DNA from: a virus
Strand: one strand, 5' to 3'
Virus record (IMG/VR): IMGVR_UViG_3300031920_000373
Coordinates: 758 to 64,757 of that record
DNA: 64,000 nt
The stretch's first letter is position 1, and every line of letters starts with the position of its first letter. Both the position numbers and the translations under genes were made by a program. The notes beneath the pieces are model-generated. The model ran no database searches. It had not been told where the DNA came from and worked only from the letters and a program-made list of their open reading frames with translations. Of the stretch, positions 1-8,922 are shown piece after piece.

Positions 1-1311
1 GGCAGAGGGGAAGATACGCGGTATCCACTTCTTAGTTTTCGTGATAACATCCCCCAATTCTGTTGTCGCCTCTCGTAAGAGGAGTCCTTTATAGTCAATT
101 CCATGTCCCATTCCCACTTCTTGTAAATAATCCATTATAAGAACATCTGTATTATGGGTTACTATAAAATCCTTTGTAATAAACAATCTATTGGGATTAT
201 TTACAAGAATACATATTGTTTTCTTTTTATCCTTAAGTTTATTAATTGAAGTGACTGTTCTTACAAGTCTGCCATGCACAAAATTTTTATTGTAGACCCT
301 TGCTTTTTTCCTTTTTAATCGAAAAAGATCAACTTTATTTGGAAATTGAATATACAGTTCATATGCTGTTTTTCCCTCTTTAATTTCCTCTTTGTATGTG
401 TATCTTGGAAAAATTTCTGAAATTGTGCCCCATCCCCCCAAACTCAATACAAGGGCTCTAACATCCCTCACTAATTGCTTACTTACTGAAGTATAAAAAC
501 AAGATCCATCTTTTCCCGCGTATCCATCCGTATCCATCAAACCTTGTAAAAGAGCTTTTCTTTCCTCTATGGTGCCTCTTAACAATCTAAGAGGTATAAA
601 CTTAGTATGAGAATAGGTGCCCCTTAATCCTAATTTATTTATTTGTTCTGCTATATCTGAATTAGTGGAAAAAGAACACTCATCAGTATATCCTTTATAA
701 GAATGAAGAACTGCTCCTTTTCCCATAAGATGATCAATTATTTCTTTATCTCCAGATGTTATCCTTGTCTCTGCTTTAGACACATTGCCATCACCAAGAA
801 TCAGTCCTATTATATATGCATCGAATTTGCTTTTCCAATTCTGTTGATACTTAATAGGATCAGGGCAGGGGATTAAAGGACGTTTATCCGGATATTTTTG
901 TATTAACTTATATAAATCCTCTGTTCTATGAATACTTCCATAAAAATTCAAAGGAGTGAATTTTCTAATAGTATCTCCTTTAATTCTATTTGCAATTTTT
1001 GCAAACCATAAATGATCTTCATCACAGTCTATTGAAGCACCATCAGAAAAAGATAACCTATACATTTGCTGTTTACTTCTATCAAATGTTTGAATAACAG
1101 ATTGAGATGTTCCATCAGGATTTGAAATTACTGATCCTGTTTTTAATTCTCCAATAGTGGTCCACCCTCTTGGCGTCAGTACTTTTTCTTCTGGAAGTAA
1201 ACCTTTGCCCCCGCCTCTGTTTCCGTGCAAAAGGGTCTCCCACACAGGGCAGGACATAAATCTATTTTGGGATCCGGGATAAGGACTCCATATCTCTTTA
1301 CGATCAACCAT
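1..1311 (-). CDS. terL: Terminase large subunit (5' part, runs off the window edge), intein-containing
   Basis: Manual translation from ATG at 1311: MVDRKEIWSPYPGSQNRFMSCPVWETLLHGNRGGGK|intein|TDVLIMDYLQEVGMGHGIDYKGLLLREATTEL. Walker A GNRGGGKT is restored after splicing. Lies downstream of terS. Absent from the ORF track because it is open-ended. Confidence 0.92.
   Translation of the reverse strand, partial: MVDRKEIWSPYPGSQNRFMSCPVWETLLHGNRGGGKGLLPEEKVLTPRGWTTIGELKTGSVISNPDGTSQSVIQTFDRSKQQMYRLSFSDGASIDCDEDHLWFAKIANRIKGDTIRKFTPLNFYGSIHRTEDLYKLIQKYPDKRPLIPCPDPIKYQQNWKSKFDAYIIGLILGDGNVSKAETRITSGDKEIIDHLMGKGAVLHSYKGYTDECSFSTNSDIAEQINKLGLRGTYSHTKFIPLRLLRGTIEERKALLQGLMDTDGYAGKDGSCFYTSVSKQLVRDVRALVLSLGGWGTISEIFPRYTYKEEIKEGKTAYELYIQFPNKVDLFRLKRKKARVYNKNFVHGRLVRTVTSINKLKDKKKTICILVNNPNRLFITKDFIVTHNTDVLIMDYLQEVGMGHGIDYKGLLLREATTELGDVITKTKKWIPRIFPSA
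151..1203 (-). mobile_element. Class 3 intein with LAGLIDADG homing endonuclease in TerL Walker A (351 aa)
   Basis: Starts GLLPEEKVLTPRGW; block B DCDEDHLW; LAGLIDADG motifs YIIGLILGDG and LLQGLMDTDG; block F/G TICILVNNPNRLFITKDFIVTHN followed by +1 Thr. Confidence 0.9.
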
Positions 1312-1804
1312 ACATTCTATCCTCACGCACTACTCCACAGAAATTCTTTTTCCGGGGAACGTCCAATTCAATTATATTATTCAGTTTATCAGTTCCTACC
1401 AGTTTGCTGAACATCTTCTTCCTTTCCTCAGGAGTGTGTGTGTACCATTCTTTCTTACGGCCCGCTCCTCGTTTGGCAAGAATCCTTTCTCTTTCCTCTC
1501 CTTCAAGAGATAGTTGATACTGCCTTGATAGATATTGTCTATATTTCTTTTCTTCCCTGCCCTCATCCGTCTCAAAGAACCTCTTCCTTCCTATTGACTG
1601 ACGGAGATATTTTAACTCTGCATCCTCTTCTTTCCTCTGAGCATAGAATATTTTCATACTGGCAGATATCTTGTCAGAATAAGCCTTTTTCTCTGCTTCC
1701 GTACGTGTCCTGTGCCACATACTCTGGTTGGGATGAGATCCCTTCTTGCCCTTGTCTATTCTGACTTTTTTAATGGGAATTTTCTTTAGAAAGGAAAATA
1801 GCAT
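1304..1804 (-). CDS. Basic K/R-rich protein with NUMOD3-like motifs, between terS and terL
   Basis: ORF track, overlapping terL start by 8 bp; HTPEERKKMFSK and RTEAEKKAYSDKISASMK resemble NUMOD3 repeats. Confidence 0.55.
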   Translation of the reverse strand: MLFSFLKKIPIKKVRIDKGKKGSHPNQSMWHRTRTEAEKKAYSDKISASMKIFYAQRKEEDAELKYLRQSIGRKRFFETDEGREEKKYRQYLSRQYQLSLEGEERERILAKRGAGRKKEWYTHTPEERKKMFSKLVGTDKLNNIIELDVPRKKNFCGVVREDRMYG

Positions 1805-1807
1805 AGT

Positions 1808-2449
1808 TTAATCCTTTTTAACTCCACTGGCTTCCCATTCATCCATTGACTGTTTAGTAGGTACTACAAGTACTCCGCATGTATTCATATTAAGATTCTT
1901 GGTTTCCACTTTATCAGCATAACCAAGTTTATTGCCAGTCAAGAATTTGAATAAGGATGTATTGAAGTTCCGTTGATCAAGTCCTGTCTTACCTTTCTGC
2001 AACCACCAACTTTCATGCAATGCTTGTCCTATCTCATATGCAAGACTGAACTCCTCGTATTGATCTGCCCATCCTCGTAAAGTGCCTACCCCAACGCCTA
2101 TTTCTGCCGCAATCTCCACGTCACTCATACCTTGCCTACTTAAATCAATCATCTGTAAAGGATGGATACCTGGATTGAACTTTATGGAATGGCCCTTAAC
2201 TGCAAGGTACAACTGAGTGGCTTCAGGACTTAAAACGTTTGTAAGGTCTCGCTCACCACCATGCAGTTTACAGAGTTGCCCATTTCCAATGGCGTTCCGA
2301 GTACAACGAATACCCCCTTCATGGTAATGGCACTTCTCCTTGACGTATATCTTTTTCCGTTTTAATTTCCGTTTAACCAAAGGCTTTTTGGCTTCCTCTA
2401 TCTTTTTCTTCTTAACCTTGATTATACGATATTTGGCTCGGGTGTTCAT
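1808..2449 (-). CDS. terS: Terminase small subunit
   Basis: C-x-C-KLHGG zinc motif, then HTH (GMSDVEIAAEIGVGVGTLRGW) and DNA-packaging-gp3-like segment FNTSLFKFLTGNKLGYADKVE; located upstream of terL. Confidence 0.8.
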   Translation of the reverse strand: MNTRAKYRIIKVKKKKIEEAKKPLVKRKLKRKKIYVKEKCHYHEGGIRCTRNAIGNGQLCKLHGGERDLTNVLSPEATQLYLAVKGHSIKFNPGIHPLQMIDLSRQGMSDVEIAAEIGVGVGTLRGWADQYEEFSLAYEIGQALHESWWLQKGKTGLDQRNFNTSLFKFLTGNKLGYADKVETKNLNMNTCGVLVVPTKQSMDEWEASGVKKD

Positions 2450-2451
2450 TC

Positions 2452-2667
2452 CTATTCTCCCTTAACCATATAGGAATATTCACAAAAATACTGAACCCTG
2501 TAGGCTTTTGGAATTGGAAATTCAGGAGAGCCTTCAAAACACTTAACGCATATAGCGGTAATGTTAATTTTCCTTTTCGCTGTATCGAATTTCAACAACT
2601 GCCCAATAAAGGTATCGACTTTCTTCTTTGCCGCTTTTTCTGTTGGTCCGTAAAAATAGACTTTCAT
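2452..2667 (-). CDS. Hypothetical protein
   Basis: ORF with GGAGG SD, tightly packed with neighbours. Confidence 0.6.
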   Translation of the reverse strand: MKVYFYGPTEKAAKKKVDTFIGQLLKFDTAKRKINITAICVKCFEGSPEFPIPKAYRVQYFCEYSYMVKGE

Positions 2668-3041
2668 ATTTCCTCCTTAACAAGGTACTCACAGGTTATT
2701 TCGTATTGTTTCTTAAAAGGATTATCCCTCCAAACTACCCATGTAGTTGTGGTTTGAATCAGCATCCGTCCTTTTAAATATAAATAAAGATTAAGCCCGT
2801 TCACCATAAATAACTCTGAATCATCATACGCATCACCTAATTGATCTATACAGGCAATCGTCATGGGACAAATATGAATGTTATGAACAAAAATACCTTT
2901 ATTATCTCCCATAACACATCTATTAACATAGATGAACTCATCCTTCCTTGGATCTAATTGTTTAATCAGTTCGGAAACCTTTTTCTCAACAAAGATGTCT
3001 ACTTCCTCTTTGGTCAAGTTTTCGTGGTTTTCTGATTTCAT
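2664..3041 (-). CDS. Hypothetical protein
   Basis: ORF with GGAG SD and 4-bp overlap with neighbour. Confidence 0.65.
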   Translation of the reverse strand: MKSENHENLTKEEVDIFVEKKVSELIKQLDPRKDEFIYVNRCVMGDNKGIFVHNIHICPMTIACIDQLGDAYDDSELFMVNGLNLYLYLKGRMLIQTTTTWVVWRDNPFKKQYEITCEYLVKEEI

Positions 3042-3307
3042 AATGTCTCCCTCTTCTGAGAATGTTCAATTCCTTTCTCGTACCAAATTTTGTGCATGGA
3101 TCTTACTGTCCCACCACAATTACTGCATTTATATATCCTACTCATGAAGGGACTTTTGATTGGTTCAAAGATATGGTAAGAACAACTATCCAATAATTTA
3201 TTATTTTCAATGACACCTTTTGCAATGTCCTTTATGGCATCCTTAGATAAACCACTTATTTTGGACAATGCGTCATACCCTGTATTCTTCTTTTTTAGTT
3301 TAGGCAT
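3038..3307 (-). CDS. Hypothetical protein with Cys cluster (CSYH...CSNCG)
   Basis: ORF track; start refined to ATG at 3307 after AGGGA. Confidence 0.6.
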   Translation of the reverse strand: MPKLKKKNTGYDALSKISGLSKDAIKDIAKGVIENNKLLDSCSYHIFEPIKSPFMSRIYKCSNCGGTVRSMHKIWYEKGIEHSQKRETL

Positions 3308-3467
3308 CGGTATCCCTATATTCACAGGTTATAGTATAAAAACCTGATGAAATGCATTGCATGGAACTTACACTTACTAATTGTCCTGAAGATAGACTGG
3401 ACACAAAATTGTCAAGTTCCTCTTCCAGATCATCTATGGCCATTGCTTTGAACTCTTTAATTTTCCA

Positions 3468-3626
3468 TTAAAAAATCACTAACTGTTCGTCTTCAACACC
3501 TATGATTATATCCTGATTAATATCCATCACTCCAGCACTGATATCAATGCAATCTATTTCAGGATCTTGTACGTCATTGTTTTCCAATACTTCATCAACC
3601 ATTATTTTAAATTCTGACCATTTCAT
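3468..3626 (-). CDS. Small acidic protein (52 aa, MKWSEFKIMVDEVLENNDVQDPEIDCIDISAG...)
   Basis: Manual translation, GGAGA SD; below the ORF-track length cutoff. Confidence 0.55.
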   Translation of the reverse strand: MKWSEFKIMVDEVLENNDVQDPEIDCIDISAGVMDINQDIIIGVEDEQLVIF

Positions 3627-3657
3627 ATTATCTCCAGTTATCTTCGGTTATCTTCTT

Positions 3658-4239
3658 TTACGCCTTTGTATGGCTCATTATCATCTGGTAAATAGAGTGA
3701 TCTTCCATTTCAAGTGCATCCTCTATCATAAGCTCGGTAACAAAATCAGATAATCCTTTACCTGTATCGTGATCCCAATCATTAAGGCTCCTGTATACAA
3801 AACGTGTTACCATTTCCTTTATGGTATCCTCTTTGACAGGCAGTCCTTCTTCAATCAAGCTCACTACCTGTTCGGGATCTGATTTAAGAGGTGTTCTGTA
3901 TAGTATCCATATAGCAATGATATTCTTCTTTATGGTCAAAGATGTTACAATGCCTCTTGGTAGACGGACTGATATTTTGATATGTTGGGAAGTGGGCAAG
4001 GACTTAACAAGAGTGCTTTGAACAGTGGAGCCGGTGGAGCCCGTGGAGCCCTGAAGGTCTGGTGGTGCGGAGTCTTGATTGTATTGCTCCTTGAAACCCT
4101 TTTTATAGTCCGACTGTTCTGGGACAGGTGAAGTGGCAATGGTCTTAACAATGGTCTTAACAACCTTCTTACGGTTGTTTGCACGGCTGACTGGGTTTTG
4201 GAATTCAAACTTGTTTTGGAGATTGTTGATACTGTTCAT
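3658..4239 (-). CDS. Hypothetical protein, first gene of the leftward operon
   Basis: ORF with AAGGAAGG SD, just downstream of a leftward promoter; contains low-complexity GSTGSTGST. Confidence 0.7.
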   Translation of the reverse strand: MNSINNLQNKFEFQNPVSRANNRKKVVKTIVKTIATSPVPEQSDYKKGFKEQYNQDSAPPDLQGSTGSTGSTVQSTLVKSLPTSQHIKISVRLPRGIVTSLTIKKNIIAIWILYRTPLKSDPEQVVSLIEEGLPVKEDTIKEMVTRFVYRSLNDWDHDTGKGLSDFVTELMIEDALEMEDHSIYQMIMSHTKA

Positions 4240-4281
4240 AGGTGCCCTTCCTTGTTAGTTGTGTCTGGTCATACAATACAT

Positions 4282-4310
4282 AAGATAGACGGCTTTAATT
4301 GGTTTGTCAA
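4282..4310 (-). promoter_or_regulatory. Leftward sigma70-type promoter for the packaging operon
   Basis: Minus strand TTGACA-N17-TATCTT. Confidence 0.6.
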
Positions 4311-4540
4311 GAACTTTTTTATAATCATACTACGCAGGGGTCCAATTCAGTATAGCGAAATAGGCGCGGTACAGAGGTCGGGATACAGCTTTCAGTATTC
4401 AGTGGTTCAGTGTGGAGTGGTTGCGGGGTTCAGTACTACATGGGACGGGATCTTATGATACTACTTAGGGGTTGGTAAATATTTATGATGTGAGAAAGGG
4501 CCCCCTGCCATTTTCAGAAAAGGGGTTCCCGCCGCCTTTG

Positions 4541-4840
4541 GTGATATCATTGTTATCCTCAGTGAACAACCGTGGCAGGATGTATATATCGTTGGCAGGA
4601 TGTATACATTGTTTGCCTAATAATAACAATGTTCTGCCCATGATAACAATGTTTATTCTCCTATAACGTTGTTCTGCCTATGATGCATGTGTTTATCCTA
4701 TGATAACATTGTTTAGCCTATAGTTACATTGTTTAACCTATGATAACATTGTTCATCCTATGAGGCATACGTGTAGCCTACGCCACTCATGTATAGCCTA
4801 TGAGGCATACGTGTAGCCCATGATAACATTGTTATTGTAT
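4541..4840. repeat. Degenerate 20-bp-period tandem array, consensus about TGATAACATTGTTTAGCCTA
   Basis: 13 in-register units at 4581-4840 (e.g. tgataacattgtttagccta, tgataacattgttcatccta, tgaggcatacgtgtagccta) plus degenerate upstream units. Confidence 0.9.
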
Positions 4841-5338
4841 AGTGAACGCCGTTCGGTAGGTGATAGTGTTGTTATTACGATATAAACAAGGATCTACGAT
4901 ATGAATGGCATACCATCCTGTGTGGGCGTCTATGCAAGTACCGTGCTAAGGCGTATATTTCCTGCCCTTGATATAAGACGCTTTATGGGTGATATAAGAG
5001 CGGTATATGAGGGACAGGACCACTCACCCAGGCAAAGTCTGAATCTCAATATTCGGTTTTTATCCTATGATATCGGTACTTTATATAGGCAGGTTTAGTA
5101 TAGGCTTATATATCGGTAGGTTACAGTGATTTAGGCAAAGTCAAGGAAATAATGCGGTTTCTATCATATGGCTGAATATTTGTGGCCGGACTTATATCAA
5201 GGCAGACTTATATTGTTAGGCAGGCATAACTATAAGGCGAGGACGGATGTGGCAGATATCGAGGCACGGACTGAGGCAGATATGATCCGGCATATTTGAG
5301 TCAATCAAACGACAATAAAACGCCGTACAAGACAAATC

Positions 5339-5422
5339 CTTGCTGTTTTTACGCTGTTTTAGTGTATTGCGTATATAATCGCCGGCATTTGATATAAACA
5401 GCGTTTAAATAGCACTAAAAAC
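5339..5422. repeat. Phased T-tract/A-tract element (member of dispersed family)
   Basis: ttgctgtttttacgctgtttt...tagcactaaaaacg; shares motifs with 8923 and 32686 elements. Confidence 0.5.
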
Positions 5423-6150
5423 GATTATTAATGAATATGGCGCGGATATTGCTTAAAATAACAATGTTATCGGTAAAAAAACAATGTTAATTAGGCAAAA
5501 CAGCGTTATTTGCACTCCAATAGCGGTATTTCAACATTTATTTTGCCCTGTAAATAGCCGTATTCATTACATTATTTGAGAAAACGCCGCAAATCGCCGC
5601 ATATGTATGCTAATATTATGTATTATTATGTATTATTATGTATAAAGCAATTGACAGTGCCTATTCATGGCACTCTTGACTGATAATTTATTTTCATTTA
5701 TCTTTCAGGGTGGGCACTAATTGCCTATCATGGGCACTTAATTGCCTATAACGGAGTTTTACTGCTATCCGGTTCTATTATAGATTGAAATCGAACAACA
5801 AACGGGACGGCGCATCTGGCGCAACAGGCAACAAAGTAAACGCCGACGCAGGCAACAACATGCACCGCATATGAGGCAGCGGGTTATGATCTTTGAAAAT
5901 TTGTAAAATCGGACGTAAAGGCGGGACGCCATTTGGGATGCTCGGAAGAGTTCTTAAAAATCAAGGAAAGTGGTTGATCCAGGAAAACAAGCCAGTCCGT
6001 AGGTGCTATATAGAATCGAAGGAAGGTAGGCGCCTTGAAGGAACATAAAAAAAGATTAATTACAAAAACGTAGGTTTTAAGGAAAAGGTTAAAATAGGAC
6101 TTAAAGCGTAGGTTTTTGTGCTTAATAACTGATAAAAAAGGAGATTTAAA

Positions 6151-6237
6151 ATGAATTTATGCAAATTGATAGGATACGGACTTGTTTGGGGAACGGCAGT
6201 AAACGTGGCAATTATTTTGATTCTGGCTGGGATGTAA
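6151..6237 (+). CDS. Small hydrophobic peptide (28 aa, MNLCKLIGYGLVWGTAVNVAIILILAGM)
   Basis: Strong AAGGAG SD; single TM-like stretch. Confidence 0.4.
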   Translation: MNLCKLIGYGLVWGTAVNVAIILILAGM

Positions 6238-6499
6238 TACAAGAAATTCAGGAGAACATGAGAAAAAATGGCTATTTTTAGCCCAATCCATGTCGACCAA
6301 AGGCAGAGTAAGCGATCCAGCAGAGTATAGCCTAATAGGAAATATTGTAGGATAGGCTTATCTTATATAATCTTATAGCTTTTTTTTAATGAAGGTATAA
6401 TGAAGGTAGGTTGTATATACAAGGTAGGATGGTAAAGATAATGAGGATAAGGCGGTCTTGTTCTTAATAGTCATATAATCGAATGAAAAGGAGTAAATC

Positions 6500-7009
6500 A
6501 TGGGAAATCTTAAGGATGTTGTAACTGTTGATTGTAAGTCATTTGGCAAAAAAAGTGCTAATTTTAAAAAATGTTTGACCTGTGAGGATGAGGTGAAGAA
6601 GGCCTGCCAGGATGCTTTTATTGCATTAAGTGCCGAAAAAACTGAAGTAAAAGGAACTGAAGTAAAAGAAATTACCAATAATCAGGAGAATCAAAAGAAT
6701 CAGGAGATTAAAACAATGAAAAACTTGAAAAATTCCACAAATTCAACAACTGCCGCAACAAATGCAAAAATTGGAAAAGCCCAGATGGTTAAGGATATGA
6801 TCTTTAGCCTCGCAAGAAAAGCCGAATATACTCGGAAAGAATTGGGACAGGCTATTCAAGCTTCCTTTCCTGAGTATAAAAATTCTACTTTGTCCACTTA
6901 TATCTCTGATTCGTTTAATGTGAAATATGCAGGAGTTACAGGATGTGGCGCCCATCGGATGTTGTCATATGTCCAGACTGGCAAGAAAAAAATCATAGTA
7001 GTAAGATAA
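6500..7009 (+). CDS. Early protein with C-terminal winged-helix-like domain; paralog of 35761..36330
   Basis: AAGGAG SD; YTRKELGQAIQASFPEYKNSTLSTYISDSFNVKY aligns with HTKKEIVDEVAPKFPDVTVSTISTFVQDCMNVKY. Confidence 0.75.
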   Translation: MGNLKDVVTVDCKSFGKKSANFKKCLTCEDEVKKACQDAFIALSAEKTEVKGTEVKEITNNQENQKNQEIKTMKNLKNSTNSTTAATNAKIGKAQMVKDMIFSLARKAEYTRKELGQAIQASFPEYKNSTLSTYISDSFNVKYAGVTGCGAHRMLSYVQTGKKKIIVVR

Positions 7010-7021
7010 AATGAACAGGTG

Positions 7022-7052
7022 GGAAGGGCGTCGGTTGTGATGGCGTCCTTCC
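7022..7052 (+). terminator. GC-rich hairpin, possible terminator or processing site
   Basis: GGAAGGGCGTC-N9-GGCGTCCTTCC directly after the stop of 6500..7009; U-tract weak. Confidence 0.45.
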
Positions 7053-7140
7053 TCTTAGGTTTCATTGTTTTAAGTGTTTATATGGGTTCTGAAATATTCA
7101 GGACGGATATAAGTATTTAAACAATAAAAGGAGATATAAA

Positions 7141-7332
7141 ATGGAAAAAATAACTATTAAGAAGATCGGTCCCTTTACGGATACGGAATGTCCTAATGGG
7201 CAAAAAGAGTACAATATTTCCGGAGCTGAAAAAATTGTAATGGCTGGATCAGGAACCTGCAGGCGCTGTAAATATTATACTTTTTTACCTCTGGCAGGAG
7301 CGGATACTTTCGGTTGTACTTTCAAATCCTAA
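7141..7332 (+). CDS. Small Cys-rich protein
   Basis: AAGGAG SD; CP...CRRC...C. Confidence 0.65.
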   Translation: MEKITIKKIGPFTDTECPNGQKEYNISGAEKIVMAGSGTCRRCKYYTFLPLAGADTFGCTFKS

Positions 7333-7527
7333 AACGGATCGTAATATCAAGAAAAGGGGGTTGGTTTGAGGACATTTTTGGCAATAATTGTGGTGCCTTT
7401 CTTGAAAGTATCTGGCTGGAGATTCGGCAAGGATTTCAGGAATGCGGATAGTGGTTGGAAGTTGGTTGTTTATTCGTGTATCAATACAGTCCAGGCGAAT
7501 ATCTGGGCAAATTAAAAGGAGATAGAT

Positions 7528-7785
7528 ATGGACCCGAGAATGGAAGAAATTTACGGAAATCCGGATATCGGAATGGAGTGGATTGGTGAGGCTATTTGTG
7601 TGGAACCTGAGATTGAAGTGGAAGAGGATGATTCGGAAAAGGATCTTGTTTGTCTGTTTAAAGGGTGTACGCCAATTAATTCCTTGCTTGCAAAAATGCA
7701 AGAGGATGCGGAGGCTATGACGGCAGAGGAAAGGGAAGTTTATTTTGACGATCTTGACCAGGCCATTGTCCGTCTATGTGATTAA
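7528..7785 (+). CDS. Small highly acidic protein
   Basis: AAGGAG SD; D/E-rich sequence. Confidence 0.7.
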   Translation: MDPRMEEIYGNPDIGMEWIGEAICVEPEIEVEEDDSEKDLVCLFKGCTPINSLLAKMQEDAEAMTAEEREVYFDDLDQAIVRLCD

Positions 7786-7845
7786 TTTGATTAAAATCGA
7801 AAATGGGTTTAGGAATCCTATTATAAGAAAAGGGGGTTAATTTTT

Positions 7846-8145
7846 ATGAGGAATGGAACAAAGTTTTATCGGACTTCTGGCGGCAAAAATATCAGGATGA
7901 AGGAGCTGGTTTTCCGTGGGGAGAATCTTGCAATTTGTCCGGCCTGTGGAAGTGGGAATGCCATGTTGTCTGGGAGCCGAAAAACCAGTGCCACAACGGT
8001 TTGCGATTCCTATAAATGCAGGGATTGTGGATTCAAGGTGGATGATCAGGATGCTGTCAAGATTTATACCGAATTGGATAAGCCCGGAATGGGCAATAAT
8101 AGCACCTATTCGGAAGTGAGGCGGGCCATTGGTCTTGGAAATTAA
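7846..8145 (+). CDS. Zinc-ribbon protein
   Basis: CPACG...CRDCG pairs. Confidence 0.65.
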   Translation: MRNGTKFYRTSGGKNIRMKELVFRGENLAICPACGSGNAMLSGSRKTSATTVCDSYKCRDCGFKVDDQDAVKIYTELDKPGMGNNSTYSEVRRAIGLGN

Positions 8146-8199
8146 TTCATTATCAGGTGATATAATTCGAGGATTGTGTCGCCGAATAAGGTGTTAATT
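8140..8199 (+). ncRNA. Conserved structured RNA hairpin, copy 1
   Basis: GGTGATATAAT-TCGAGG-ATTGTGTCGCC-GAATAAGG, with lower stem AATTAA/TTAATT. Confidence 0.6.
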
Positions 8200-8247
8200 T
8201 GTTAATTTATAAAGGAAATATAAATTGTTTATAACAGGAGGAAGCCA

Positions 8248-8403
8248 ATGAAATGGTTTTCAATTATTTGTTGGGCAATAGGTATTGGTACGTATATCCA
8301 TATCTATTCAATTCATACGAAAAATACAGATTATCCGACCTTCTTGGAGTTCTGTGGAATGACAATCAAGGCTGTATTTGAAAAATGGTTTATGTTCTCA
8401 TAA
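8248..8403 (+). CDS. Small membrane protein (51 aa)
   Basis: Manual translation MKWFSIICWAIGIGTYIHIY...; AGGAGG SD. Confidence 0.55.
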   Translation: MKWFSIICWAIGIGTYIHIYSIHTKNTDYPTFLEFCGMTIKAVFEKWFMFS

Positions 8404-8424
8404 TGAAAAAAAGGGGGTTATTAA

Positions 8425-8622
8425 ATGGGCAAGAAAATTGACCATCGTCCTTACCGGACAAACTCTCCTGGGATATTTATTATCCAGGATGTGGAGTTAA
8501 TTGAAACCACTGGTTGTGATAGTGATTATGTGATAAGGTTGAAATGTGGTGATGATCATTATTACCGTTGTTCCTGTGCTATCACATTTGAAAAGTCAGG
8601 TAAATTTCTAACTATAAAATAA
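8425..8622 (+). CDS. Hypothetical protein
   Basis: ORF with AAGGGG SD. Confidence 0.6.
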   Translation: MGKKIDHRPYRTNSPGIFIIQDVELIETTGCDSDYVIRLKCGDDHYYRCSCAITFEKSGKFLTIK

Positions 8623-8635
8623 GGGGGGGTCAAAA

Positions 8636-8908
8636 ATGTATGAGGATTGTCAATTACCAGAAGATTATAAACCATTGCCTGAGTGGGTTTCGGGGTGGGG
8701 ATGGTCTGACCAAAGGAATCATGAAACGTGGTATCTGTTTGATACAATGCCTACCGACTGGATAGAAATTGGGGATTACCATATCTGGGTCGATTTCCAC
8801 ATGTCCGCCAGACTCGTTCTTTTCCACGAAAAAAAGATGAGGAAGGAAATGAAGGCTTTTGAGGAATACCGAGACCTGATGGGTGAACTCCACGGAAGGA
8901 ATTATTAG
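8636..8908 (+). CDS. Hypothetical Trp-rich protein
   Basis: ORF with SD. Confidence 0.65.
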   Translation: MYEDCQLPEDYKPLPEWVSGWGWSDQRNHETWYLFDTMPTDWIEIGDYHIWVDFHMSARLVLFHEKKMRKEMKAFEEYRDLMGELHGRNY

Positions 8909-8922
8909 GAAGATCGTTTTAA

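Larger units (their letters stand above)
4240..6499. other. About 2.2-kb mostly non-coding divergence region; candidate genome terminus or packaging-site region
   Basis: No credible long ORFs; transcription direction switches here; repeat-rich; about 1.8 kb from terS. Confidence 0.55.

Noticed and set aside
3304-3626. Stop-codon readthrough or recoding at the in-frame TAA at 3468-3470 joining two small ORFs
   Set aside because: All large genes are intact under the standard code and end in TAA, TAG or TGA; two separate small ORFs explain the region
4541-4840. CRISPR or mini-CRISPR array
   Set aside because: Units are contiguous degenerate 20-mers with no constant-repeat/unique-spacer alternation, and no cas genes are present
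4240-6499. DnaA-box-containing origin
   Set aside because: No TTATCCACA-type boxes seen; the initiator-internal repeats at 29526-29625 are a better origin candidate
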